A stretch of DNA of 64,000 nt from Octopus sinensis (Eukaryota). Both the position numbers and the translations under genes were made by a program. The notes beneath the pieces are model-generated. The model was not told the origin of the DNA and ran no database searches. It saw nothing but the letters and a program-made list of their open reading frames with translations. The stretch is taken from contig NW_021833260.1 in the NCBI RefSeq assembly GCF_006345805.1, positions 17,369 through 81,368 on the forward strand, given 5' to 3'. Below, piece by piece: positions 24,221-38,462 of this stretch (position 1 is its first letter; each line of letters starts with the position of its first letter).

Positions 24221-24627
24221 GCAGGAGTGGCTGTGTGGTAAGTAGCTTGTCTACCAACCACATGGTTCCGGGTTCAGTCTCATCGCGTGGCATCTTGGGC
24301 AAGTGTCTTCTACTATAGCCTCGGGCCGACCAAAGCCTTGTGAGTGGATTTGGTAGACGAAACTGAAAGAAGCCCGTCGTATATATGTATATATATATAT
24401 GTATGCGTGTGTGTGTTTGTGTGTCTGTGTTTGTCCCCCTAGCATTGCTTGACAACCGATGCTGGTGTGTTTATGTCCCCGTTACTTAGCGGTTCGGCAA
24501 AAGAGACCGATATAATAAGTACTGGGCTTACAAAAGAATAAGTCCCGGGGTCGAGTTGCTCGACTAAAGGTGGTGCTCCAGCATGGCCGCAGTCAAATGA
24601 CTGAAACAAGTAAAAGAGTAAAGAGTA
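24221..24627 (+). mobile_element. SINE family A, full length
   Basis: tRNA-like head (tggctgtgtggtaag / ggttcagtc), internal microsatellite, (GTAAAAGA) tail, possible taaacta TSD. Confidence 0.9.
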
Positions 24628-24823
24628 AACTAGTGGAGACGAGAATGCATTTAAAGGTTTATTACTTCACGCTCATCAGGGCTTAAGTCGTCAGTTATTT
24701 CTGTTTCGTTCATTCAGATTCGTTTAACACTCACTACTGACGTCCTTTTGTTCTTCTCCTTCCACCAGAAGTCTCTTTCGCTGCTGCTGGTCAACTTCCT
24801 AGCGAGCCGGCAGCGAAGTTCCT

Positions 24824-25778
24824 ATTTCTTTACTACCCACAAGGGGCTAAACACAGAGGACAGACAAACAAGGACAGACAAACGGATTAAGTCGATTACA
24901 TCGACCCCAGTGCGTAACTGGTACTTAATTTATTGACCCCAAAAGGATGAAAGGCAAAGTCGACATCGGCGGAATTTGAACTCAGAACGTAGCGGCAGAC
25001 GAACTACCTATTTCTTTACTACCCACAGGGGGCTAAACACAGAGGACAGACAAACAAGGACAGACAAACGGATTAAGTCGATTACATCGACCCCATGCGT
25101 AACTGGTACTTAATTTATCGACCCCGAAAGGATGAAAGGCAAAGTCGACCTCGGCGGAATTTGAACTCAGAACGTAACAGCAGACGAACTACCTATTTCT
25201 TTACTACCCACAAGGGGCTAAACACAGAGGGGACAAACAAGGACAGACAAACGGATTAAGTCGGTTACATCAACCCCAGTGCGTAATTGGTACTTAATTT
25301 ATCGACCCCGAAAGGATGAAAGGCAAAGTCGACCTCGGTGGAATTTGAACTCAGAACGTAACGGCAGACGAACTACCTATTTCTTTACTACCCACAAGGG
25401 GCTAAACACAGAGGGGACAAACAAGGACAGACAAACGGATTAAATCGATTACATCGACCCCAGTGAGTAACTGGTACTTAATTTATCGACCCCGAAAGGA
25501 TGAAAGGCAAAGTCGACCTCGGCGGAATTTGAACTCAGAACGTAACGGCAGTCGAAATACCTATTTCTTTACTACCCACAAGGGTCTAAACACAGAAGAC
25601 AGACAAACAAGGACAGACAAACGGATTAAGTCGATTACATCTAACCCCAGTGCGTAACTGGTACTTAATTTATCGACCCCAAAAGGATGAAAGGCAGAGT
25701 CGACCTCAGCGGGATTTGAACTCAGAACGTAATGCCAGACGAAATACGGCTACGTATTTCGCCCGCCGCCTTATCGCT
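24824..25778 (-). mobile_element. Five-unit head-to-tail SINE-B concatemer within a 15-bp TSD
   Basis: ~185-bp units (ctatttc at 24822, 25008, 25193, 25377, 25561). ggcagcgaagttcct occurs at 24809-24823 and 25779-25793. Confidence 0.9.
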
Positions 25779-26081
25779 GGCAGCGAAGTTCCTGTCAACA
25801 GTTCGTCTGTCATGAATCAAACCCTACAATAGCATAAGACATATAATTGATTTATTAACACTTAAAAGCTAACTACGGTGTGATTTGAAATCACATAGTA
25901 GACACCCGGAATTATTGCTGCAATTCATTCTAGCTGACATTAACTCCTTTGCTAATCGATCGCTTTTCATCGATCATTCACAGACCATGAAGATAATGTG
26001 TATAAACGTTGAATAGACGCACAATTCTGGTATTGTTTCAGTGTCTGGACACGAAACAAGCGCGCGCACACACAAAACGTA

Positions 26082-26118
<37 letters not shown>

Positions 26119-26119
26119 G

Positions 26120-26156
<37 letters not shown>

Positions 26157-26637
26157 GCATACACACTTCTGAAGGCGTATAAACGATTCAACAAGGATGA
26201 TATAGGGGAGAAATATATAAATACGAGACTGCGGATATTTTAAAATGAATAATTGGACATGGTAAAGATATGATATAAATTAAACAAAGAATATTATTAA
26301 CAATTATATAATTAAACAAAGAATACAGATCGTTGTATAAAAATACACAGTAATTTAAGATATTATTTAAAATCTCGAAAGATATACAACGGGTGTGTAG
26401 CCCATCTGATTGTCGCTTAGAATCTTAACTGATTGGAAGTGTTATCATGTACATTGTTTTGTCTTGGTGTAAAATATGGGCTGCAGCAAATATTCTGCTC
26501 AATACCACAGATTTGCTTGTCACTTGTTTGACCATAACCAGTTGACCATGTCTCTTAGTGGCGGACAATATGTGCATTTCTGATCACAAGCAGAAGTAGT
26601 GGGGGAGCATCATAGCCGTGTGTTGAAAGGAATTCTT

Positions 26638-28440
26638 GGATATCGTGCCAGACAATTTTTCAACATCAATCACCAAACATGTTTTGAAATTTTTGTAGTC
26701 GGAGCTGATCGTGAGCAATCGTTCATGTCGCCCTTGACATATTACATTTGAGGTAAATCGCATACCATCTAAACCCAGCGATTTACCTCTCGTACAACTC
26801 CCCAGCGTCAGTAACTCAACTGCTTTTATCATTTGTTTGCAACGAGTTCCCAACTTCTCCACCGAGAGCCACCGTAAGTCGTCGATGTAGTTACTACAGC
26901 ACACCATCTCCAGTCTACCGTCGCCGACAAATATTTCATCAATGGGCTGCTAGGAAAGCGCACGTAACTGCCTCTGTATATAGAATTCATTCTAGATTTA
27001 AGTAATTAAACCTCGTAATTTAGACTTTGTTCCCATTTTCCGTCTCTGCCATCAGAAATCACCACTAAAGCGTGGTCTATCGATCCTTTCCAAACAGCGG
27101 TGAGGCATGCATCCACCGAGGAGTGTCAGAAATGCCGCTAAAATGGCAGTTGCGATGCTGTCTGTGGTCGCCTTCTTGTCGATCCTTCCGTAAAATAGCT
27201 CTCTTCAGAAAGCCCCTTCACCGGAAGTGTGTGAATGGTGTAGTATAAGTGGGAGCAATGGCTGAACACTTGTGCTCTGGAAGGGATTCTGTGAGATAAA
27301 CAACAAAAAAATCAAGAACAGAAATAGTCAATGAAGAAGTAATCACATTTTTACTTAAATATCACTGAAACAAGCAAATTTTCAAATCGGTCAAAAAGGC
27401 TGATAGTTTTATAATTCTTCAAATTCTCAGAAAGATTAAGATATGCGTACACAGATCTATGAACAGAATCCACGTATATATGCAAATATTTACCAAAGCT
27501 CCTGAGACAGACCCCTGCTATTTACATTGTCTTCTTAATCCCTAAGTCTTCTGTTACTTTCTCATAGTATCATTTTACGCACTTATCTGCCTCCCTATGT
27601 AGAGTTCATTCTAGATTTAAGAAATTATGACTCGTAATTTAGACTTTGCTCCCATTTTCCGTTTCTGCCACCGAAAATCACCACTAAAGCATGGTCTATC
27701 GATTCATTCAGAACAGCGGCGAGTTATGCATCCACCGAGGGGTGTCAGAAATGCCGCTAAAATGGCAGTTGCAATGCTGTCTGTGATCCCCTTCTTGTCG
27801 ATCCTTCTATAAAATAACTCAGAAATCCCCTTCACCGGAGATGTGTGAATGGTGTAATATAAATGGGAGCAATGGCCGAACACCTGCGCTGCTGACTTCT
27901 CCGTTTATGTGGTGTCCATATCTAAGAGGTGATATTGTTCCACTATTGTTTGTTGTCGCCATATAAATTTCCTATTTCGATCCGTTGCGATTGACTTTGT
28001 ACGGATTGTTCGCGGTCGACATTCAGACATCAATGATATCCATTTAGTAATTGTACAGACAGTTGGAAATGTATGAACAAGTTTGAGACACTTTTACACC
28101 CTTCTCTGCTATCAGATATACACACAAAACCACAATATGTTTCTCAATGACATTCCTACCTTCCACTGATATTACAGCGTTGGACTTCCTTCAGAATGGT
28201 TCTTGATACCTGAAGAAGTCAAGTTCCTTTTCCCCCGTAGGGGAATATATGACCACCTGTTTATGTAGGTATCGCCTACGCTGCTCTTCAAGTCCACAGT
28301 CGCTAATCTAACATCCGGGCCGGGGAAAATAATTCGAACCTCAGATCCAGAGTTTTCTGCAAAAAGCACTACGGAAACAGCATTCTTTCTGTGTGAAACA
28401 GGTCACATAATTTCCTCTCGAAGAACGGGTGATCCGCTAA
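26638..28440 (-). mobile_element. Old Tx1/L1-type LINE remnants with internal duplications
   Basis: APE-like segment (VLFAENSGSEVRIIFPGPDVRLATVDL...YIP..DFFRYQEPF, ~28150-28440) and an RT-start-like GKSLGLDG (~26760-26790). Highly decayed. Confidence 0.4.
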
Positions 28441-28563
28441 GTAAAAAAGAAGAAATGGAGTAATTATCGAAAGATACACCTCTAGGAATAATAAGAACCG
28501 CAATGTATTGTCTAAAACCACACACACAAAAAAAAAAGACTACATCAAGAGATGTCTTGGAAT

Positions 28564-28755
28564 AATTCTTTCTACTGGAAGCTCAAGACCTCAAATTACG
28601 GGGGAAGGGATTAAGTCGATTACATCGACTCTAGTACGTGATTGGTACTTATTTAATCGACTGTGAAATGATAAAAGGCAGTGTTGACCTCGGCGAAATT
28701 TGAACTCAGAAGGCGGCGGCAGATGAAATACAGCTGAGCATTTCGCCAGGTTGCT
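28564..28755 (-). mobile_element. SINE family B (diverged)
   Basis: Shared core gacctcggcgaaatttgaactcaga. Confidence 0.7.
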
Positions 28756-28813
28756 ACCATACTTCTTGGAACAATAATAATAATAATAATAATATAATAA
28801 TAATAATAATAAT

Positions 28814-28857
<44 letters not shown>

Positions 28858-28876
28858 ATAATAATAATAATAATAA

Positions 28877-28914
<38 letters not shown>

Positions 28915-29355
28915 GAAACATGGAAATACACATAACCAAACCCCAAATACAGAATGCTGTGCAAGATTCTACGTCGTTATCGACGATGAATATTCAGTAG
29001 TTAGAGCAACGGAATTCATACCCGCCAAAATAGAAAAAAAAGGAGGAGGAGAGTCGAACTCAATGCTTTACCTGCTACATTATTTATTGACCCCAAAATG
29101 GTAGGAGACAAAACTGATCTCAGCATGATTTGAACTCAGACACAGAAAGCCAGAATGAATGTTCCCCTGACATTTCCTCCGGCACTGGAGATTTTCCAGT
29201 TCGTAGTTACTAACCTACTAGAAATATTAACAAATTCTTCGTCAAATTACAAAATAATTTCTTCAAATGCAAAAGGAGAACACGTGTAGCTTTAAATACA
29301 CCATGTCTGCAGAAAAGCAAGGTTGGTTACAATTGGAGCAACTTCTACTATAAGT

Positions 29356-29391
<36 letters not shown>

Positions 29392-29393
29392 GA

Positions 29394-29716
29394 AATTATT
29401 GTATACAGTGCCCAGGTGCACCACAACTTGTCAAAAAGTGCGTATATAGCATATGCAGTAATGTACAAATGTCTAGGAAGTGAACTGTGTATGAGTCAGA
29501 TACATGCTTGCGTGTATATGGAGGGGAGAAAATCAGGTGTAGTGTTGGCGAATCTCAGGAAGCATGGACGTTTTGAAGGATGCAGTGCTCCGACAACTAA
29601 CAACTGATGCCAGCAATTTGTTCCATGCTTCAGCAACTCTTAGCATGAAAAAATGTTTCCGAAAGTCATGGGAGCTGTGCGGTTTTCTGACTTTGTAAAC
29701 ATATCCACGGGTGTTG
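29394..29716 (-). mobile_element. CR1-type LINE 3' end
   Basis: NTRGYVYKVRKPHSSHDFRKHFFMLRVAEAWNKL. The same family occurs on + at 57225-57405. Confidence 0.75.
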
Positions 29717-30329
29717 TTGGATGCAGGCTGAAAACTGAGCTGTGGGATGGAGTTTGTGAGATAAACACAAGAAAATCTAGAACAGAAATAGTCAATGAAG
29801 AAGTAATCACATTTTTACTTAAATATCACTGAAACAAACAGATTTTTAAATCGGTCAAAATGGCTGATAGTTTTATAATTCTTCAAATTCTCAGAAAGAT
29901 TAAGATATGCGTACACAGATCTATGAACAGAATCCGCGTATATATGCAAATGTTTACCAAAGCCCCTGAGACAGACCCCTGCTATTTACATTGTCTTCTT
30001 AATCCCTAAGTCTTCTGTTACTTTCTCATAGTATCATTTTACTGTGGTGTTAATAACAACTTAACATCGCTTCGTCGTCACTTCTCGTCCGATAAGTTAT
30101 TAAACTATCAAACAACGCAAACAGACACCCGAATCACGTGATAACAAGGGAGGACCTACGCATCGTTCAATTTGCTAGAAACAGCAGTAAAACTTCCCTT
30201 AAATTACGTGTTACCGTCTTTCAGGAAATAAGACATTGCATAAATTTAGTGCAGAAGTCGGAGACGATATGTCTTCTATATTCTTCATCACAAGCTCAGG
30301 GGGGGGGAGGGGAATGATGTACATCTATC

Positions 30330-31050
30330 GTCTTTTCTTTGTTTTAGTCATTGTAATGTGGTTATGTTTGGGCACTGGTTTGAAGGGCTGACTTACCAAG
30401 ACTTATTTTTAAAGTCTGGTACTTAATTTATCGGTTCCTTATATCGAAACGCTAAGCTACGAGAACGCTAACAAATCAAAACCGGTTGTCTGGCTGTGGT
30501 GGGAATAACACACACACACACACACATACACACACACACACACATACATACATACATACACAGATACATACACACACTCACACATGCATACACAAACACA
30601 CAGACATATACACGCACATATATACACACACCCACTCACACGCGCATACACAGACACATACACATACACTCACACACGCACGCACACATACACACACGCA
30701 AGCACACATATATTCACTCACACACGCATGCACAAACACACACCAACACACACATATACACACATACACTCACTCACACACGCATACAAAAAAACACATT
30801 TATATACACACACATACATACACGCACTCACTCACATACGCATACACAAACACACGCACATACACACACACTCACACACGCATACACACACAAACTCACA
30901 CATTGTTTCCGTCTACCAAATTCATACACGAGACATTGGTCACCGCCGGCGCTATAGTAGGAAACTTTTGTCTTGGGTGCTGTAGAGTGGGATTGAACCG
31001 GACACTACGTAGCTGCAAAGCCGTACCTGAGCCTATTGCTCATGATTCTT
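30330..31050 (-). mobile_element. Diverged SINE family A with an expanded ~400-bp (CA)-type insert
   Basis: Tail-like sequence at 30330-30500 and gtttccgtctaccaaattc...gctatagtag at 30905-30960. Confidence 0.55.
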
Positions 31051-31339
31051 TACAGAATACTAGAGAAAAATGAGAAGGAGGTATGTATATGTGTATATAT
31101 ATACATATATACATACATGCCTACATATATGGTGTCTCTCTAACTCTCTATCTATCTTTCTATCCATCTATCTGATTGTCTCTCTCTCTATCTCTCTCTT
31201 TCTTTCTATCTATCTGTCTGTCTATCAATTTATCAATCTAACAATCTACCTATCTCCTGTCTCTCTATCACTCTCTCGCGCGCTCTCTCGTTTTCTCTCT
31301 CTCTTTTGCTCTCCATCCATCCATTCATCTAGCTGTCAG

Positions 31340-31399
<60 letters not shown>

Positions 31400-31419
<20 letters not shown>

Positions 31420-32501
31420 GCACCTCTGCCGTCCTGGGTCGACCTTAAGTGACTTCAACACAACCAAGCATTCTATAGGGGTTTAGTGGAGGGGAGGTAC
31501 GACGACGACGAGCTCGGGCGAACCTGGACGTCGACGAGAGTACCTGACCCGCCTGTTCGGGACGACTTTCGGGCCAGGGCCCATGGACAACTTCCAGAGA
31601 TCCCTGGCTGGCATGCTACCGAGAAGCGCTACCCGTTCGGGATAAGCTCTACAGACACGCTCGAGAAACACGGGCCGACCTGCCCGAGATGCGGTCAGAG
31701 CGACGAAACCGTTCTGCACGCACTCGTTCGTTCAGTGTCCAACCAATTTCCGACCTGTGGGCTTATGTCGAACAACTGCTGTCACGTGTGGCGAGTCGGT
31801 TTATCAGCTGAGTCTATCGTCAATATTGTCACGCCTCCTTCCTTCAAACGGGAAGGAAGAGCTTTTTTCATCATCCTTGTGGCTATGGCGAAAGAATGTA
31901 TCTGGTGGACGCGTCTGAAAGGATTGGAGACAACACTTTCCTCTCTGGTCAATCTCTCATCAACTTCTTCAAGTACCACTTGAAAAGGAAGTGAGAGTAG
32001 AGAGGCAAGTTTTGTCTAGCGAATGTTTTAAAAAAAGATGGGTGAATGTAGCAAGAATGGCACGTATGAATGACGAAGCCACCTTGAGCATAGTCCTATG
32101 AACCCAGAAATCGAAAACAGAGAGTTGCTTATTGCAAAAAAAAAAAAAAAAAAAAAAATATAAAATGTGACTTCATTGACCGAGGTTACCGTGGTCTTTT
32201 CCGTAGGCTTTTCTTTCCACGGGTAAACCTCACCTGTCCTCCCCTTTACACTTCATATTGACATTTCTGTGATAACGATCCCTATTGATCAATTTTTTTT
32301 CCTCTCCCCCTTTTTTTTTTTTTTTTTTTTTTTAACCCCCCCCTTTTTTTTTGTCCTCTTTCTCTCCTTTTACGATCCCTTTTGATCGAAACTCCCCTTT
32401 CCTTTTTTTTTTTTTTTTTTTTTTTTTTAAACCTTCAAAGAAAAGCTCTACCTTGTAATTTGTTCTATCTGTGGTGCAGCCCTTGTGGCTAATAAAGAAA
32501 C
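31400..32501 (+). mobile_element. 5'-truncated Tx1/L1-type LINE (zf-RVT C-terminus plus 3' UTR) inserted in (TATC)n
   Basis: ALPVRDKL, CPRCGQSDETVLHAL and AKECIWWTR motifs, a poly-pyrimidine 3' UTR, AATAAA at 32491, and (TATC)n on both sides. Confidence 0.8.
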
Positions 32502-32585
32502 ATATCTATCTATCTATCTGTCTGTCTGTCTATCTGTCTGTCTATCTGTCTATCTGGCTGTCTATCTATCTATCTATCTATCAAT

Positions 32586-32630
<45 letters not shown>

Positions 32631-32688
32631 ATATCTATCTGTCTATCTATCTACCTGGCTGTCTATCTATCTACCTTATCTATCTATC

Positions 32689-32755
<67 letters not shown>

Positions 32756-32757
32756 CC

Positions 32758-32834
<77 letters not shown>

Positions 32835-33395
32835 AATCTATCTATCTATCATTCTAATCTATCTCACTTTCTTTCTCTGAATGTACAAGATGTAATTATA
32901 ATATACCCAACTACACTCCAGGCCGTTCCTTCCCCGCCACTCCCGCCACTGCCAGCGCCACCGCCACCGCCGCTAACGCCACTCACCTTTAATCCGCATC
33001 ATCTGTTGGTGATTCCACACGGATTACTGACTAGCGTGTTATCGGCGACACTAAATCGTACCTTGTCTTACCCAAGTGGCGTGCAACATCGCTCTTCACG
33101 AGGTTTATGCGTTTAGTGTTATTGATTGCGCCACACTTTAGCTATCAACAGCCATTTTGCTTCTTCGCTCACAGAATGCATTTACTCGCCATGGTTCTCT
33201 GATTTGTTTGTACTTGTGTTCTAAACGTATATGTATGTATGTGTGTGTGCGTGTGTGTGTGTGTGTGTGTATGTGTGTGTATGTGTAGGTGTGTTCGTGC
33301 ATGCGTGTATACATTTAACACACAGATGCACATACATACACTGAAATATATATGTAGATATATGTACACATCTATATATGTATCTACATACATAT

Positions 33396-33439
<44 letters not shown>

Positions 33440-33929
33440 CACATATATACATGTGTACACACATACATACACATACAAATACATGCATATATATATATAT
33501 TATATATACATATATATACATACATACATATACATATGTATGCGTATAAGCATATTTACATGCATACACATACATTCATTCGTACATACGTTCATACATA
33601 CATACATACATAAATACATACGTGCATGCATACATACATACATACATAGATACAGACATACATATATATATTATGTGTGTGTGTGTGTATGTGTGTTACT
33701 TAGTTACATCCCCTTTTCTTCCTTTTTCGTGTACTTTATACATTTACTGCTATCTTCGCCCTCAAATTCTGTATTCTTGATTTGTTCAAGTTGTCACGAA
33801 ACCTATCGTTCCGTATTCAACACTAATCTAAACTCGTTTCCTCCTCCTCCTCCTCCTCCTCCTTCTTCTTCTACTTGTTGTTGTTGTTGTTGTTGTTGTT
33901 GTACTTCTTCTTTCTTCTTCTTCTTCTTA

Positions 33930-33976
<47 letters not shown>

Positions 33977-34537
33977 TATTATTATTATTGTTATTATTAT
34001 TATTATTATTATTGTTATTATTATTATTATCATTATTATTAATCATATGTTTGTTATTGCTTGTGTCGTTGTTTTTCTACAATTTAATCTACAAAACACA
34101 CACATACATACGAAAATATATAAAACCACACACGCACACACACACATACCCACCCCACACACACACATACCCACACACAAATCATAGTACTGAACGACAA
34201 ACAACATACGGCACCCACCAACCATACACGACAAACAAACACCAAAACCGACAACATAGCGAAAAAACACAAAATACTGTAACTTTAACCTAAATAAATA
34301 TATAATACAAAAAGAAACGCTACATAACAGAGTGACCGGAAGCGCAAAAAGAATCTTGCTAACATATATGCAATCACACGCAAATAAACCGCTTATGAAC
34401 ATGACAAATAGTCCAAACTAGAGACACGATTATCTGCACAAAACGATAAACGCCATTACAAACACTTTGGGTCTTGCACACGTTGTGAACAACAATTATA
34501 GACACCACTGATATACTATATTGTATGTATGCGTGCA

Positions 34538-34595
<58 letters not shown>

Positions 34596-34689
34596 TAGAT
34601 AGATAGATAGATAGATGATAGATAGTAGAGGATAGATAGATAGACAAATAGATAGATAGACAGATAGATAATGATAGATAGATAGATTA

Positions 34690-34727
34690 CACATACACAC
34701 ATGCATATATATACATATATATATATA

Positions 34728-34769
<42 letters not shown>

Positions 34770-35533
34770 AGATACATATGTATGCGTATAAACATATCTG
34801 CATGCATACACCTACATACATTCGTATATACGTACATACAGGTATACATACATACATACGTGCATGCATACATACATACATACATATATAAATACGTGCA
34901 TCCATACATACATACATACATACATGCATACATACATGCATACATACATACATACATACATACATACATACACATGCATACATACATGCATACATACATG
35001 CATACATACATACATACATACATATATAAATACGTGCATCCATACATACATACATACATGCATACATACAAACATACATACATACATGCATACATACATA
35101 CATACATACATACATACATACATACATACATACAAACATACATGCATACATACATGCATACATACATACATACATACATACATACACATGCATACATACA
35201 TGCATACATACATACATTCATACATACATACATACATGCATACATACATGCATACATACATGCATACATACATACATACATACATATATAAATACGTGCA
35301 TCCATACATACATACATACATGCATACATACATACATACATACATACATACATACATACATACATGCATACATACATGCATACATACATGCATACATACA
35401 TACATACATACATACATGCATGCATACAAACATACATACATACATACATACATACATACATACATGCATACATACATACATACATACATACATACATACA
35501 TACATACATACATACATTCATACATACATACAT
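34690..35533. repeat. (TACA)n/(TGCA) microsatellite
   Basis: Direct reading. Confidence 0.95.
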
Positions 35534-35534
35534 A

Positions 35535-35670
35535 GAGCGGATATTAACTTAAAGCTGAAGATCAGTGAAAAAGATAATTATTGAGAAATTATTGAATTAT
35601 TGAGAAATCTGCAGTTACTCTATCCAGACTACAAGTTCACGTTTTTACCTGTAATTATTAGGGCCCTGCT
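35535..35670 (+). mobile_element. REL-type non-LTR 3' fragment
   Basis: ADINLKLKISEK...LRNLQLLYPDYKFTFLPVIIRAL resembles the PVIIGALG motif. Confidence 0.45.
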
Positions 35671-35714
35671 TTCTCTATTATTCTTTTATTCTTTTTTATT
35701 CTTTTACTTGTCTC

Positions 35715-36088
35715 AGTCAATCCATTGGGCTATTACATGTGGAGCGTTGTTGAGAGTGAGGTCAAAGAACACGCCCATAACACAAAAGCTACCATAGTCA
35801 GAGGTATGTCCAAAATGAACCAGGACCACTTGATTCGAGCATGTAGATAATTTATATCTCATTTAGAAGCAGTGCCGAAGCTGAAGGTGGCTTTATTGAA
35901 TAAATATTAAAGAAGGTTTAATTTTATTAAAGAAGGTTTAATAAATATTAAAGAAGGTTTAATTTTATTAAAGAAGGTTTAATTTTATCCTCAAAGCATT
36001 TTTTGATAAATATAGTTATCTGTTAAATGTTTATTTTATTTCTTTTTATAAACATAAATCTGTCCTGAAATATCTTACGCACCCTGTA
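35715..36088 (+). mobile_element. Tc1/mariner (maT-like) 3' fragment with right TIR
   Basis: NPLGYYMWSVVE...LIRAC...EAEGGFIE*; ends gcaccctg|TA. Confidence 0.7.
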
Positions 36089-36414
36089 TTTTATATAACT
36101 AATATAGGGCACTCCGTCGGTTGCGACGACGAGTGTTTCAGTTGATGCGACCAATAGTAGTGCTAGCTCGTGAAATTATCGTGCAAGCGGCTGAGAACTC
36201 CACAGATACGCGTATACTTAACGTAGTTCTCATAGAATGCGACAAGGCTGACCTTTTCAAATACAGGTAGAATTCAGTTTTGCCAGATCGGTGGAGTGAG
36301 GTGAAATAAATTGCAATGCTCAAGAACACAACGTGCCGCCGTGTGTCGAACTCACGAATAAGCTAACCACTACTCCACACACCGTTAAATACTACATATA
36401 TATACTATATATAT

Positions 36415-36448
<34 letters not shown>

Positions 36449-36598
36449 ATATATATATATATATTATAGATATGCAACTACATAATGAAAAGAACTGCAT
36501 AATACATTGCAATACTGGAATAAGGAGATGTGCTTCGACAAGACATGGCTCGGACTTTTTTCCTGCCTGGGTAAAAACAGATTGAGAGATAAGTATTT

Positions 36599-36629
<31 letters not shown>

Positions 36630-36633
<4 letters not shown>

Positions 36634-37302
36634 TTGATTTTGATTTTGATTTTTCCAGTTTCACCTAATGAGCTGTGGACATGCTGGGGCACCGCCATTT
36701 GGTTTGCTACACGGTTTTACCTCACGGATGCTTTTTAGCAAACGCCATCTGATGCATGAGAGAGTTCGATGCAGCTGCCCTCATCTGCACCTCCTGCCGT
36801 GAAGTTGGTTCATCCGGGACACCTGACAGGAAGAGATCCAGTCCTACTTTAAAGACATCCGCATCTACACCATGCAGGTCCCTCAGGTTCTTCGGGAGGA
36901 TATTGAAGAGCCGTGGGCCTCTGAAGCCCAGGCTATCACAATATCTTGTCCTACATCTTGATGGCAAATTTGGAGTCCTTGGTACTACGCAGTGGCGTCC
37001 GGTTCTGGCATTTGTGTGACTCTCGATGCCAAAGTCTGGGACAAGACCTTCCAGGATCTTCCAGATATATATTATGGCATATCTTTCTCGTCTACGCTCC
37101 AGGGAATAGAGCTTTAATCTCTTGAGTCTCTCCCAGTAGCTCATATGCTGCACAGAGGCTATCTTCTTCGTGTAGCTTCGTTGGATCGCCTCAAGTTCTG
37201 TGATCAACTTGACACTGGATGGTGACCATAGCTGAGAGCAATAGTCAAAGTGGCTTAGGACAAGTGTCTTCCAGAGGACCATCATGGTTTCTTGTTCTCT
37301 TG

Positions 37303-37305
<3 letters not shown>
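36630..37305 (-). mobile_element. CR1-clade LINE 3' end (RT C-terminal ORF 36722-37285)
   Basis: LVLSHFDYCSQLWSP...LEAIQR...YWERLKRLKLYSLERRRER...GPRLFNILP; short 3' UTR with an (AAATC)n tail. Confidence 0.9.
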
Positions 37306-37329
<24 letters not shown>

Positions 37330-37371
<42 letters not shown>

Positions 37372-37659
37372 GACAGACAGACAGACAGACAGAGACAGAC
37401 AGACAGAAATTCAGATAGATAGGTTGTTAGATAGGTAGGTAGATAGGTAGGTAAATAGATAGATAGATAGAGAGAGAGAGAGGGTCAGACAGATAGACAG
37501 ACACTCGGGCGGATAGACAGACAGACAAGTAGACAGACAGACAGACAGACATGTAGGTAGGTAGGTAGATAGGTAGGTAGGTAGGTAGATAGATAGAGAG
37601 TGAGTGAGTGAGACAGACAGATAAGCACTTAGATAAATAGATAGATAGATAGATAGATG

Positions 37660-37696
<37 letters not shown>

Positions 37697-37733
37697 CGAG
37701 AGATAAACAGACAAGTACATACACACATAGAGC

Positions 37734-37801
<68 letters not shown>

Positions 37802-37805
37802 CATA
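37330..37805. repeat. (GATA)/(GACA)/(GGTA)n microsatellite
   Basis: Direct reading. Confidence 0.9.
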
Positions 37806-38462
37806 CATTATATAAAAGTACGCAGATAAGAGTATACGAGCTATATATATAGTGAGGTATTCTATTATGTAGATACACAGTTTTCATAAATATTGACACT
37901 GATACATATCTGCAAGCATTTACCAACTCACGTGGATAGTTTTACTCATCAAACAGCCTTTGTTGAGAATCAAATACCATAGATGTCTTGCTGTGATATC
38001 CTCTTCCGACCCCTTTAAAAATTCTGGCACCCTACAGAGTGTCCATTAAGAAGGATAATAGTGACAATGACTAGTCTTGCACTCCGGGGTAGCTGCAGCA
38101 ATGTATGTATAATATATGGCGTACCCAGATCTTGTATATGAAAAATTGAATACCCATGATTTGAGGAGATAGCAAATTGGACTGTTTTTGATTGACTGCA
38201 TTCTTGATACTCGCTTCCGCAAGCACACAGATATACGTAACACAAATAACATTAACTTTTGCAATCTATACTTCAAGTTTTATTGCTTAACGTTCGTGTC
38301 CTCGGCTCTTAATAATCTCCAGCACTCACTAATCTTTCAGGGTGAACAAATTCATAGCAGTTCTCTTTCACTCTCGTAAAATTCCTCCCTTTCTCTCTCT
38401 TACTCACTCCCGTCCATACATAAACGTGTGCTTGTGTATGTATATATATGTATATATATATA

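Noticed and set aside
34496-35552. MYVC/HTYI repeat proteins
   Set aside because: (TACA)n microsatellite translations.
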